From Chiloscyllium plagiosum (Eukaryota): a stretch of 64,000 bases of DNA. Every line of letters begins with the position of its first letter. Within the stretch, counting starts at the first letter, position 1. The notes under the pieces are model-generated. The model saw only the letters and a list, made by a program, of their open reading frames with translations, was not told the DNA's origin and did no database searches. Location of the stretch: positions 107,321,093 to 107,385,092 of the forward strand of contig NC_057717.1 in the NCBI RefSeq assembly GCF_004010195.1, given 5' to 3'. Shown one piece after another: positions 13,128 to 26,555 of the stretch. Position numbers and translations under genes: made by a program.

Positions 13128-13630
13128 AGTGTGTTACTGGAAACGCACAGCAGGTCAGGCAGCATCTGAAGAGCAGAAAAATTGACTTTTTGTGTCAGAG
13201 CTCTTCATCAGGAATAAGGTTGAGAGATTCGGGGGGGGGGGGGGGGGAGAGGTGGAGAGATAAATGGGAGAGGGTGGGGCTGGGGAGAAGGTAGCTGAGA
13301 ATGCAATAAGTGGATGAAGGTGGGGATAAAGGTGATAGATCAGAGAGGAGGGTGGAGTGGGTAGGTGGGAAGGAAAAGGGAGATTGACAGGTGGGACAGG
13401 TTATCAGGGCAGTGCTGAGTTGGAAGGTTGGAACTGGGGTAAGGTGGGGGGGAGGGGAGGGAGAGGAGAAATGAGGAAACTAGTAAAGTCCACATTGATG
13501 CCCTGGGGTTGAAGAGTTCTGAGGCAGAAGATAAGGCATTCTTCCTCCAAGCGTCAGATAGTGAGGGAGTGGCGATGGAGGCGGCCCAGGACCTGCATGT
13601 CCTTGGCAGAGTGGGAGGAGGAGTTGGAGT
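13128..13630 (-). mobile_element. Penelope-like element 3' fragment inserted in the Gypsy integrase
   Basis: pLTR-type sequence cagcaggtcaggcagcatc..., purine-rich tract and ggcccaggacctgcatgtccttggcagagtgg, all shared with 48478-49963. Confidence 0.75.
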
Positions 13631-14735
13631 TTCTTCAAGCCTGCCTTCAAAATTTGGAATGCTCTTTCTGCCAGGCCATTGGATGATGAATAGTATGGAG
13701 CTGTACTGAGATGTCGAATCCCATTCGACTTTAGGAAATACTCAAGATCCCTGCTAGTATACAATGGCCTGTTATCTGTGACCAACGTTTCCAGGAGTCT
13801 GTGCATTGTAAAAGATGTGTATAGGTTTTGAAACATTGTTCCCATTTTTGACAAATGATCTCTATGCACGATAAATGTGGGTGTCTACAATAACTAAGAA
13901 CATTTAGCCCATGAAAGGACCTGCATAGTCAACATGTAACTGAGTCCAGCATTTACCTGGCAATTCCCATGAATGTAGAGGAGCTGCTGGCTGTAATTTT
14001 TGTCCTTGTTGGAACTCTGGGTACTGCCCACCAACACGGCTATGTCTGCAACCAAGGCTGGCCACCAAACATAACATCTCGCAAACATCTTCATATTGGA
14101 GACCCCTGAATGGCTCTGGTAAATTCAGCCACTATTTGCCAGCAACCTTTGCTCGGAACACTCTTGCTCCCCATAATAATATGCCGTCTTCTATGTAATC
14201 TGGTCTCTCTGGGTCCAAAAAATTTCAGTTTTGATTGTGATGGTCCTTTGGTTTCCCCAACTGCCACTAACTGTTTTAGTTTTGCCGGGACCAGATCTTT
14301 CTGTGTCCAAAGTCTACTATTGTCAGCTGTGACTGGAAGTGTGTCCAGAAAACTTAAAACCATTACGGATTGTTCTAGTGGCGGTATCACCGGTGGTGTA
14401 TGTGCCAGTGGGAGATGCCTCAATGCATCCACATTTGTTACCAGGCCTCCTGGACGGTGTTCCAACTCGTAATTATACGCAGTTAGTATAAAAGTCCATC
14501 GCTGAATTCGACCTGCAGTTATTGGCAGCTCAGCCTTGTCCTCTTTAAGTAGACCAAAGGAGGGTTTGTGGTCTGTTATTATTAGAAATTTACATCTGTA
14601 AAGGTATTGGTTGAACTTCCTGACTTCAAATAAGACCACCAAACCTTCCTTCTCTATCTGGGCATATTTACTCTCTGCATTAGCCAAAGTCCTTGATGTT
14701 GGGCATTCCTTTTCATTGGACCACCCATAAGCTAA

Positions 14736-14950
14736 GCAAAAGTGAGGACTGCAGATGCTTGAGATGAGAGTCGAGAGTGTGATGCTGGAAAAGCACATCA
14801 GGTCAGGCAGCATCCGAGGACCAGGAAAATTGACGCTTCTGGCAAAAACCCTTCATCAGGAGGGCTGATGAAAGGCTTTTGCCCGCAATGTCGATTTTCC
14901 TGCTCCTTGGGTGCTACCTGACCTGCTGTACATATCCAGCACCACACTCT
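14736..14950. mobile_element. Short fold-back (Penelope pLTR-derived) insertion with 15-bp TSD
   Basis: TSD ccacccat(a/g)agctaa at 14721-14735 and 14951-14965; about 85-bp inverted arms, each containing CTGATGA. Confidence 0.8.
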
Positions 14951-15029
14951 CCACCCATGAGCTAATACCAGTCCAATGCTATACAAGGAGGCATCGCATA
15001 TCAATACCAGATCTTGCTTGGGAGCACAA

Positions 15030-15337
15030 TTAGATTACATTTCAGTGTGGAAACAGGCCTTTCGGCCCAACAAGTCCACACTGACCCGCCGAAGCGCAAC
15101 CCACCCATACCCCTACATTTACCCATTACCTAACACTACGGGCAATTTAACATGGTCAATTCACCTGACCTGCACATCTTTGGACTGTGGGAGGAAACCG
15201 GAGCACCCAGACGAAACCCACGCAGACACGGGGAGAATGTGCAAACTCCACACAGTCAGTCGCCTGAGGCGGGAATTGAACCCGGGTCTCAGGCACTGTG
15301 AGGCAGCAGTGCTAACCACTGTACCACCGTGCCGCCC
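15030..15337 (-). mobile_element. HE1-type tRNA-derived SINE (V-SINE family)
   Basis: gggcggcacggtggtacagtggttagcactgctgcctcacag head, V-domain, taatcta tail; cacaat on both sides. Confidence 0.9.
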
Positions 15338-16967
15338 ACAATGTGCCAACACCTTCAAGAATGATATCTGTTTCTTCACTTCCTTGGCTACACAACCATT
15401 TCCAAGGCTGACCTTTTTTTTAAAGAGTTGGTGCAAAACCTAAAACCATTACGAATTGTTCTAGTGGCGGTATCAATGCCCAACATCAAGGACTTTGGCT
15501 AATGCAGAGAGTAAATATGCCCAGATAGAGAAGGAAGGTTTGGTGGTCTTATTTGAAGTCAGGAAATTCAACCAATACCTTTACAGATGTAAATTTCTAA
15601 TAATAACAGACCACAAACCCTCCCTTGGTCTACTTAAAGAGGACAAGGCTGAACTGCCAATAACTGCAGGTCGAATTCAGCGATGGACTTTTATACTAAA
15701 TTAGGATGGAGGTCAGGTTATGTATGAACTTTCTGTAATAGTTTACCAGCCAAGGAAACACCTAAGCTTTTTTACAGATGTGGGAACCAGGGAACCTTTG
15801 ATCGGCCTTACTTTATCTTCCAATAGATGTAACCTGGTCTCATCGACTCTGTAGCCCAAGTAGGACACTTGGGATGCCTGCAACACACATTCCTCCTTCC
15901 TAAGATGTACATATACCTTGAAGAAACATCTAATGAATATGTCCAAGTTCTCTGACTGCTCCTTATTGGTCTTCACTGTTATTAGCATATCATCTAGATT
16001 TATGGCGACCTGGGGTAGACCATATAAAATATTCTCCATTGCCTGCTGAAAAATTGCACAGGCTATTTGCCAGTCTCATATATTGGGATAAAATATTATG
16101 GGTATTAATTGTAGTACACATCTGGGAATCCTCATCTAACCACAATTGCAAGTATGCATAGCTCATGTCTAACTTTGTGAAGGACAGCCCCCATACTATC
16201 TTTGCATATAAATTCTCTATGTGTGGGATTGGGTATTTATCCAGCTGCAAAAAACAGTTTCTATTTGCAATCCCTAAAAAGGTGAACCAACCCATCAGGC
16301 TCCACAATTGTTATGACCAGTGCTGCCTACTCCGCTAAGTGGATTGGTTTGTTGATTTGTTTGCTTTCCAGCCTTCTGATTTCTGTCTCTACTTTTGCCC
16401 ATAAAGCAAATGGCACTGGCCAGGCCTCACAGAATCGTGGAATTGCTTCCTGGTCCACATGCAAGGTGGCCTTGACTCATTTGGTAGCCCCTACATCTTC
16501 CTAAAAGACTTTCAAGTATTTAATTATGACTTCACTTCGGCAGCCATTTTCTAATTGAAAAATGTTGAGCGAATCTAGGTGAATATTTCTCAAGTAATTT
16601 CGCTCCATCAAGCTTGGACTGGTAACTGAACCAGTTGCTTCTCATAAGTGACCGAAACTGAAGTTGTATCCTTAATCTGTAGAGGTTCCCTAGTATTGGT
16701 TCTCAGTCTAGCTGAGGTCTTGTCAAACTTAAGATTGGAATTCAGAGCGAATTTTGTTGAAGACTAGTTCTGCAATCACTGATATGGCTGCGTCAGTATT
16801 GACCATCATTCAAACTGGATGACTGTTTAACCAGATGTTTATTTTGATTGGTTTGGACAAGTAAAGATTCCCAAATAATGGCATGACGCCAGAAATGCTT
16901 ATCCCAAACTCAAAGACGACTGTTGCGAGAGAGTTTCTTTGGGAACATGCTTTACTCTCATCGCCAC

Positions 16968-17188
16968 TAAAATAACTTCACTGTGGCCAGTATCCCATCA
17001 CCAAGTCACCTTTTATTTACACATCGAGAATCCTTGACATTGGTCCCGCTCCCTCAGAAACAACTCTCAAGAGTATCAGAATGTCTGACATTTCTCTTTT
17101 TATCTCTCAGCTCGGGTTCCTTGATTGGAACAGATTAACAGCCCCAATCAGAGAACAGATGTTCTATGAGGTCCCTGCCACTGTTACA
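16968..17188 (-). repeat. 5' LTR of the Gypsy element
   Basis: Direct repeat of 12323-12558; immediately followed on the minus strand by PBS-like TGGCGATGAG. Confidence 0.75.
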
Positions 17189-17984
17189 CTCATGGTATAC
17201 AGCAACACATTATTGATGACTAAGGAGCATGGTTTATTGTTGGGATCTGATGGGAAATATGTCATTGGCAGAAAGGATTCTGTCTAAAAATTGCCAGATA
17301 ACCCTGTTCATTCTTTGTTAAAATCGACAAGTTGTGGAAAGGTGCTCTGTGGTGACCTGTGCAATTCCAATAATGTGAACTGTTGCAGCAGTTTTGGTCA
17401 TTGGCCTTAGCTCTGACATTTGGCTGAATCTTTTCAGATTAGGTAAGTAGACTGCATCCTAATGGGAAGATGTTTTGCTCCATAATTACTAAATAGAAAT
17501 TGCAGCTACACGGATCTTCCAGCAGATTAATTCAGAGATGGTTAAACATGGGAATGAGTTTCCACACATCAGACACCTAGCCAATTAAAACAAATGACTG
17601 AAGTGCCATAGGTTTGAAACTTACATTAAAAATCAAAATCAGACATTAAAAGAAAAGCACTTTAACTTATTATGATTGTAAGCTAACTTAATTACAGGAT
17701 CTTTCAGTAATTCCCTACAAAATGATTAGCTTCCATTAAGATCTAAATGGTTTCTTCATTCTAAATTGGTTCTCAAGATTTTAGCTTTAATTTTGGTTTT
17801 AAGTTCTCTCACTCAAAATTGCATATCTTTACTGGTCCCAGAGGTGAAACACTAGTGTTCACATCACTACACAAGCCATTCAATTTTGTCATTAGCTTGT
17901 GACTAAGGGATATATTAGGTTTTGTGCAGCTTTGACCAGTTTATATTATGCGTGCCCCTGTGTCACTGGCAACATGAATTAGAT

Positions 17985-19115
17985 CATTCATAGTCATAGA
18001 GATGTACAACATGAAAACAGACCTTTGGGTGCAACTTGTCCATGCCAACCAGATATCCTAAATTAATCTAGTCCCATTTGCCAGCACCCAATCCATATCT
18101 CTCTAAACCCTTCCTGTTCGTATACCCACCCATTGTCTTTTAAATGTTGTAATTGTACCAGCCTCCACCACTTCCAATGGCAGCTCATTCCATACACGCA
18201 TCGCTCTCTGCGTGAAGAAGTTGCCCCTAAGGTCTCTTTCAAATCTTTCCTCTCTCACCTTAAACCTACACCCTCTACTTCTGGACACCCTGAGGACTTG
18301 CCTGCTCCTGACCCATATCCCTCCAAACCTTTCCTTTTCATGTATCCATCCAAATGCCTTTTAAATGCTGTAATTGTACTTGCATCCACCACTTCCTCAG
18401 GAAATTCACTCCATATGCGAACAACCCTCTGTATAAAAAATTTGCCTCTTATGTATTTTTTAAATCTCTCTCCTTGTCTTGAAATTCCTCATCTTGGGGA
18501 AAAGACAATACCATCAACTCTACCTATACTTCTCCTTATTTTATAAACTTCTATCGGGTCACCTTGCAACCTCCTATACTTCACTGAAAAAAGTTCCAGC
18601 CTTTCTTTATAACCTACCACCATTCTAATAAATCTCTTCTGAACTTTCTCCAGCTTGATAATATCCTTTCTAGAACTGGGCAACCAGAACTGGACACAGT
18701 ATTCCAGAAAAGGCCTCACCAAAGTCTTGTACAACCTCAACATAACATCACAACTCCTATACTCAAAGGACTGAGCAATGAAGGCAGGCACGCCAAACAC
18801 CTTTTTAACCAGTCTGTCCATATGTGATGCAAACTTTAAAGGATTATGTATGTACAGCCCTAGGTACCTTTGTTCTACAACTCTACCCAAGGCCCTATAA
18901 TTAACTGTATAAGCCCTACCTTTGTTTGTTGTACCAAAATACAATACCTTGCATTTAGGCAGATTTGCCATTTTTCAGCCCATTGACCCATTTGATCGAG
19001 ATCCCTTTGTAATCTTAGAAAACTTTCTTCAGTCTATTATGCCACCACTTTTGGTGTCATCCACAAAGTTACTAACCATGCCTTCTATATTCTCATCAAA
19101 ATAATTTATATAAAT
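17985..19115 (-). mobile_element. Two adjacent CR1 3' fragments
   Basis: ORF track: LYKTLVRPFLEYCVQFW and RGCRFKVREERFERDLRGNFFTQR; CR1 tail at about 17990. Confidence 0.85.
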
Positions 19116-21106
19116 GTACTTTCACTTAGTGTGATGGAAGAGCAGGAAGCATTCACAGGAAATCCAGCAGCTTTACTTTATTTACGGCAGCAATTTGGCA
19201 GATAATGAGCTGCTGTAGGAGTCTCAGCACATTGTCATTTTAGTACCAGGTGTCTGAATGCAGAAAGACAATTTCCAGCTTGCACAGTGACAAGTGAATT
19301 CAATGGTAAGCCTCCTCATCAGTATAGCACAAAATAAATAGAGTGAATCACTGAGAAAAAAGATGAACAATCCAAGAATGCGTTGAGATATTGAGGGATG
19401 CTGCACAGTGTGCATTATGAGACAATGGGAAAGCCTAAGTCTGTGTGTGTGCGTAGGAGTACTGTACAGAACTAGAACAATATAAATGCCAGTATTCAAT
19501 TTCATGCTGCAATGCACAAGCATGTTTGATATTGTGATTTCTATTTCCATTTTGTGATTCAATATCTTTGGCAATTCATGTGTCACATGTTCATCAGCCA
19601 TCTCTTCTGCATATAAACACAAGACTGCACAATGTCACCATTAGCAGATCAAATGATTCTTTCTTCAATTAAATCTGACTAAATACTTCTCAATGGCTCA
19701 ATGTGCAAACATGCCATGTGTTGTGGTACTGAGCTCAATGCAAAATACAGGTTCTAGGCTCAAATTCCAGTCAGGTTATATCATAAGGTTGAACTGATAA
19801 GGTCTTACCTGTCTGAATGCAACATGAAAATCATGAAATGATTATGAGAACTTTGAGCAAATACTTAATCCATACAAGCCATTCAATTTCCCAGAAAATT
19901 ATTCCAATGTATTTCTGAATTTATCCTGAATGCTACTTACTGCCAGGATTTTGACCTTTGGAACCCTGGCATAATTTCTTGTTTGGTTACCCTTGCTGGC
20001 AGCTTGATTCACATAATCATTGAGTCATAACAATGGAGATTAAGAATGACATCAATGTGCCCTCGCAAAATTGAAGTCTATGACAGACATATAGTAAGCT
20101 CTCCACTGATCAGAGTCGTACGTAGCACTAAGCCAAGATGGCTAGAGTTGTTGGAGGTCAATCAACATGACATAGATGAAATGGGTTTTTGATTCTGGGG
20201 ACACTGGCATAAGTAGTGGTAAAATTGGAAGCTGTAGCAATGGGACAGGTTTCCTATCAACCATGTTGGGACCAGGGGTCTTGCAAATCAAGGAGATGTT
20301 GTAACTCAAAGGAAACTAAAATATATGAACATACAAATTCAGAGCAGAAGTAGACTATTCAGACCTTCAGGCCTGCTCCGCCATTCAATAAGATCATGGC
20401 TTATTTGTTTGTGTTTTGAATTCCACATACTACATAATTTCCCTTTCATATAACCATGCTGATCCTTCCCAATTACATCGGTTATTCTAAGTTATCAGTT
20501 ATAAACACATAAATGATCAATTCTAACAACATCCTCATGAAAAACCTTAAGCTAACCAGCCTATAGTTAACAATAAAAACAGTGCTAGAGAAACTCAGCA
20601 GCCTCTGTGGAGAAAGAAAGAGTTAACATTTGAGACCAATTTGATTCTTCTTCAGAAATGAAAACATTTAGTGCTTTTATGTATAGGCAGAGGGAGAGGA
20701 GCAGTAAGTGGTCTTTAGTTGCCTATTTTCTGCCTCCCTCTCTGCTTGAATAAGAGGGGGTTACAATTGCTATTTTCCAATCTGATAGAATCTTTCCAGA
20801 ATCTAGAGCATTGTGAAAAACTGGCATTATTGCATTGTCTCATGCACTACCTTATTAGACACTTCTTTTCAGACCCTAGGGTGAAGTTCATCAGGATCCA
20901 AAGAATTGTCAGTCCAAAGCTCCATCACTTTGCTCTGTACCACTTCCTTGGTGTTTTAATTTTGCCAAGTTCTCTTCTTCCTTCCGCCTCCTGATTTGCT
21001 GTTATTAATCAGATAGTTTTCCAAGCTTTACAATGAAGACAGAAGAAAAGTATTTTTTCATTACATCCACCATTTCCTTATTATTGGTTAGCTCAGTTGG
21101 CTTGGA

Positions 21107-21300
21107 GGTCAGTTAACTCATTTGGCTGGATGGTTCATTTGTGATGCAGAGTGATGCCAAAAGCTTAGGTTCAATTCTTGCACTGGCTGAGGTTAATATT
21201 CTTCTCAACCTCACTCATTACCTGAAGTGATCCTCGGGTTAAACTCACCACCAGTCATCTCTATCTAATAGAGAAGAGCACTAAGGCCCTCTGGGATTAT
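21107..21300 (+). mobile_element. tRNA-derived SINE (second family) within older CR1 debris (about 20420-22300)
   Basis: ggtcagttaactcatttggctgg...ggttcaattc...cctcgggttaaact; homologous to 4925-5095. Confidence 0.55.
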
Positions 21301-22520
21301 CACTTACATTTATTATTGATTATCAATACCCTATCCTCATTCTCTGGAGGATCAATAATTATTTTATTTACTCTTTTCCTTTTTGGATGCCTGCAGAAAT
21401 TCCTGCTGCCTATATTTACATTTCTACCAAGCTTCCTCATGTATTGCAATTTATTTCTGCTGATTAACCTTTTAGTGATTCTGACCTATTCTGCATGTTC
21501 TGACCAATTATCTGACCTACCACACAGCTTTATGTAATTACATGCTTTTTCTTTATAAGTTTGATGCTTTCAAAATCTTGTTTAGTTAATCACAGGTGGT
21601 GGCTTATCTTTTTGGATATTTTCTTTGCATGCTCATTCTGAGTATTCTGAAACTTTCCCTTAACTGCCTCCCTATTGATTTATCTCCTCGCCTTGTATCC
21701 AATTTCATTTCAGTGAGTGCAGCTTCATGCCCGCATGGTTATCCTTATTGAAGTTTAAATACTAACCTCAGACCCATTCTTCTCCCTTTCAGACTGGATG
21801 TAAAATCCAATCATATTGTGATGCTGCTAATTGGAGATGGCTTTACATAGCCATTACTAATTTTGCCTCATTAATAAATCCTTTATAACTTGCTCTTTAG
21901 TTGATTCGAGGACATGCTGTACATAGAAACTAACTTGAGAACATTAGATAAGCTTTTCATTCAGAAGTTACAGTGGTTATTTCCAGCTCTTTATCACCAG
22001 CATCCAACTTCATCCTACATTATAGTTCCTCCCAGGGATCTGTGGACCATATCTACTAATTTTTGTTTCCTGTCTATTCCTTATATGTACCCAAACAAAC
22101 TCTATAGTATGATATCCTAAACCAAGGTCATCTCTATCTACTGCAGGGCCACTTTTGATTAAGATCTGATGCCTCCACTTTTGCCTAGCTTGTAATTCTT
22201 ATTGAATGCCATATATTCCTCAAATCTGCAGGACCACTCTGGATGCAGCCATTCCATAATGGCTATCAGAGCACATTTCTTTATTTCAATGATCACTATC
22301 AATTTACAGTCACAGAGTCATACAGCATAAAAACAGACACTCCAGTTCAAATCGTCCATGCCAACCATGTTTCCAAAACTAAAGAAGTCCCACTTGTCTG
22401 TATTTGGCCCATATCCCTCTAAACCTTTCCTATTCATATACCTATCCAAATGTCTTTTAAACATTTTAACTGTACTTACATCCACAACTTCCTCTGGTAG
22501 TTCATTCCAGATATTCACCA

Positions 22521-24424
22521 CAGGAGTATACTTAAGGGGGAAATCAGGAGGGCAAAAAGGGGACATGAGATAGCTTTGGCAAATAGAATTAAGGAGAATC
22601 CAAAGGGTTTTTACAAATACGTTAAAGACAAAAGGGTAACTAGGGGGAAAATAGGGCCCCTCAAAGATCAGCAAGGCGGCCTTTGTGTGGAGCTGCAGAA
22701 AATGGGGGAGATACCAAACAAGTATTTTACATCAGTATTTATTGTGGAAAAGGATATGGAAGATATAGACTGTAGGGAAATAGGTGGTGACACCTTGCAA
22801 AATGTCCAAATTACAGAGGAGGAAGTGCTGGATGTTTTGAAATGCATAAAGGTAGATAAATCCCCAGGACCTGATCAAGTGTATCCTACAACTCTGCAGA
22901 AAGCTAGAGAAGTGATTGCTGGGCCTCTTGCTGAGATATTTGTATCATCGATAGTCACAGGTGAGGTGCCGGAAGACTGGAGGTTGGCTAACGTGGTGCC
23001 ACTGTTTAAGAAGGGTGGGAAGGACAAGTCAGGGAAGTATAGACCAGTGAGCCTGACGTCGGTGGTGGGCAAGTTATTGGAGGGAATCCTGAGGGACAGG
23101 ATGTACATGTATTTGGAAAGGCAAGGACTGATTAGGGATAGTCAACATGGCTTTGTGCATGGGAAATCATGTCTCACAAACTTGATTGAGTTTTTTGAGG
23201 AAGTAACAAAGAGGATTGGTGAGGGCAGAGCGGTAGATGTGACCTATATGGATTTCAGTAAGGCGTTCGACAAGGTTCCCATGGGAAATTGATTAGCAAG
23301 GTTAGATCTCATGGAATACAGGGAGAACTAGCCATTTGGATACAGAACTGGCTCAAAGGTAAAAGACAGAGGGTGGTGGTGGAGGGTTGTTTTTCAGACT
23401 GGAGGCCTGTGACCAGTGGAGTGCCACAAGGATCGGTGCTGGGTCCTCTACTTTTTGTCATTTACATAAATGATTTGGATGTGAGCATAAGAGGTACAGT
23501 GTGTAAGTTTGCAGATAATCCCAAAATTGGAGGTGTAGTGGACAGCGAAGAGGGTTACCTCAGATCACAACAGGATCTGGACCAGATGGGCCAATGGGCT
23601 GAGAAGTGACGGATAGAGTTTAATTCAGATAAATGCGAGGTGCTGCATTTTGGGAAAGCAAATCTTAGCAGGACTTATACACTTAATGGTAAGGTCCAAG
23701 GGAGTGTTGCTGAACAAAGAGACCTTGGAGTGCAGGTTCATAGCTCATTGAAAGTGGAGTCGCAGGTAGATAGGATAGTGAAGAAGGCGTTTCATATGCT
23801 TTTGTTTATTGGCCAGAGTATTGAGTACAGGAGTTGGGAGGTCAGGTTGCAGCTGTACAGAACATTGGTTAGGCCACTGTTGGAATATTGCACGCAATTC
23901 TGGTCTCCTTCCTATCGGAAAGATGTTGTGAAACTTGAAAGGGTTCAGAAAAGATTTACAAGGATATTGCCAGGGTTGGAGGATTTGAGCTATAGGGACA
24001 GGCTGACCAGGCTGGGGCTGTTTTCCCTGGAGAGTCATAGGCTGAGAGATGACCTTATAGAGGTTTACAAAATTATGAGGGGCATGGATAGGATAAATAG
24101 ACAAAGTATTTTCCCTGGGGTTGGGGAGTCCAGAACTGGAGGGCATAAGTTTAGGGTGAGAGGGGAAAAATATAGGAGAGACCTATGGGGCGTCTTTTTC
24201 ACACAGAGGGTGGTACGTGTAAGGAATGAGCTGCCAGAGGAAGTGGTGGAGGCTGATACAATTGCAACATTTAAAAGGAATGGGTATATAAATACGAAGG
24301 GTTTGGAGAGATATGGGCCGGGTGCTGGCAGGTGGGACTAGATTGGGTTGGGATATCTGGTCGGCATGGATGGGTTGAACCGAAGTGTCTGTTTCCATGC
24401 TGTACATCTCTATGACTCTCTATG
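22521..24424 (+). mobile_element. Relatively young 5'-truncated CR1 (HER1-like) LINE, ORF2 RT pseudogene
   Basis: Three consecutive ORFs (22576-23292, 23289-23609, 23640-24341) give a near-continuous RT: KSPGPD, YRPVSLTS, YMDFSKAFDKVP, GVPQGSVLGP, KFADN. One frameshift and one stop; tail ctctatgactctctat. Confidence 0.92.
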
Positions 24425-25794
24425 TGGAAACATTGTCCCTCAGGACCCTTTTAAATATTTCCCCTCTCGTCTTAAGCTTATGCCTTCTAGTTTTGAATTC
24501 CCCTACCAAGGGAAAAGACCTTTGATTTTCAACATATTGATGCCCCTCATGATTTTATAGGTCTCTATAAGGTCACTCCTCAGCCTCCTGCAGCAAAGGA
24601 GTGATGTCAGACTCACCATTCTGCAGTTCCCTGACTTTTCTGTTCAGCCTCTTCTCAGAACTCAAACTCTCTAGTCCTAGCAACATTCATGTAAAACTTT
24701 TTGCACCCTTTCCAATTTAACAATATCCTTCATAAAGCAGCATGACCAGAACTGTATGCTGCATTCCAAAAGTGTCCTCCCCAATGTCCTGTACAACCGC
24801 AACATGAAGTCCCAACTCCTATACTCAATGCTCTGACCAATGAAAGCAAACATATCAAAAGCCTTCCTCACTACCCTGTCTATCTGTGACACCACTTTCA
24901 AGGAACAATGTACTTGAACCCCTAGGTCTCTCTGCTCGATAACACTCCCACTGCCCTACCATTAACTGTGTAGGTCCTGCCCTGGTTTGTCTTACCAAAA
25001 TGCAACACCTCCCATGTGATCTAACTTTACATACCAGTCTACTATGCGGAACCTTATCAAAGGCCTTGCAAAAGTCTATGTAGACAATGACTAAAACTCT
25101 GCCTTCATCAATCTTCCTGGTCACATCCTCAACAAACTCAATCAAGTTTGTGAGACATGATTTCCCATGCAGAAAATCATGCTGATTATCCCTAATCCGT
25201 CCTTGCCTCTCCAATGCATATAAATTCAGGCTCTCAGAATCCCCTCCAATAACTTAACCACCACTGACGTCAGACTCACCATCTTGCATTTTCCTGGCTT
25301 TTCTTTGTAGCCTTTCTTAAATAAAGGCAAAACATTTGCCACCCTCCAATCTTTGGCACCTCACCTATGGCTGTAGATGACATAAATACTTCTGCTAGGG
25401 GCCCCACAATTTCTTCTCTAGCTTCCCACAATGTCCTAGGATACACATAATCAACTCCCAGGGATCTATCTACCTTTTTAAGACCTCTCTTCTGTAATGC
25501 AGACCCTTTTCAAGACATCACTCTTTATTTCCTCAAGTTCCCTACCTTGCATGTCCTTCTCCACAGTAAATACTAACACAAAGTATTCACTTACTACTTC
25601 ACCCATCTCCTGTGGTTCCACATGTAGATGGCCTTGCTGATCTTTAACAGGCCTTATCCTCTCCCTACTTGCTTTTGTGCCCTTGATGAACTTATGCAAC
25701 TGTTTTTGATTCTCCTTAATCTTATCTGCCAAAGCTATCTCAAGTCTCCTTTTTCTCCTTCTGATTTCCCTCTTAAGTGTCCTCCTACACCCCC

Positions 25795-26555
25795 ATTGTT
25801 GATTTTATTGTCACTTATATTTTACAGTAAGAGTACAATAAAATACAATGAGAAGCCTTCATGTGTCACCACGAAATAGTGTTGTTTTGAATAACTTAAG
25901 AATAAGGAAAGAAAGAAAGATACAGCTTGAAGAGAGTCCGCTAGTTCTGAGGTAGCTCATCACCATCAATGATGCATATGCCGCTATCGCTCTTCCACCG
26001 CCTCATTGCCACCTGCGCTGGACCAATCAACATTATAGTCACATCTCTCACTGCTGAGCCCTCCTCATCGATGTTGCTATGATGCCCTTCCATCACCACT
26101 TCGCCGCAGCCAGCACCTGATCCAATAAAATCGCCGAACCTCAGGCACCATCATTTGCCACTGGGCCGACCTCACCATATTGCCTCTGCTGATGTGGCAG
26201 CCACCATTTCCAGGTCCTGTGCTTGCTCCAGAAAACTAAGCAGAGGCCCACTCCCCTCCACTCTGGGCCCACTCGAAGACTGCACCCGGTGCCTGGCTTG
26301 AGGTCTATGCCCTTGGCCTGCTGAAGGTCGATTCCCTGGGTCCAGCTCGAGATTACACAAGGTCAGGCTTTGAGTCTGTTCAAGGTCAGCGCCTTGGGTC
26401 TGTTCGAGGTCTGCTCCCTGCTGTCAATGCCACCCGAATTCAAGACAAGGTAAGCAAGTGAAAAAAAAAGACAGAGGGAACAAAAGAAAAAGATAAAGAA
26501 AACCAGTCAGAGCAGACAAGGTCTGGCAGAGGAGCCCGACTCTGCCATCTTGAAC
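25795..26555 (-). mobile_element. Unclassified non-coding insertion in CR1, retroposon-like
   Basis: Interrupts collinear CR1; minus strand starts ttcaagatggc and ends cattgtattttattgta...aagtgacaataaaatcaac. Confidence 0.55.

Larger units (their letters stand above)
12323..17188 (-). mobile_element. Decayed Gypsy/Ty3 LTR retrotransposon (gag largely deleted; PR-RT-RNaseH-INT), with nested insertions
   Basis: Minus-strand order: gag start MPLFG (about 16880); protease remnant; RT (DKYPIPHIENL, NLDDM, YLGYRVD); RNase H (CDASLYSIGLVL, SRTLANAESKYAQIEKEGL, ITDHKP); integrase (ARCYVWWP, LVTDN, APYYSSSNGLAERA). Flanked by direct LTRs; PBS-like TGGCGATGAG at 16966-16957. Confidence 0.9.

Noticed and set aside
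14091..14813. 240-aa ORF as a functional gene
   Set aside because: Gypsy RNase H fragment whose start lies in a fold-back insertion; the element is frameshifted throughout.
19224..19622. 132-aa minus-strand ORF as an alternative PDE4 exon
   Set aside because: No recognisable homology and no convincing splice-site pair.
22576..24341. Active reverse transcriptase
   Set aside because: 5'-truncated, with a frameshift near 23280, a stop at 23607 and FADD changed to FADN.
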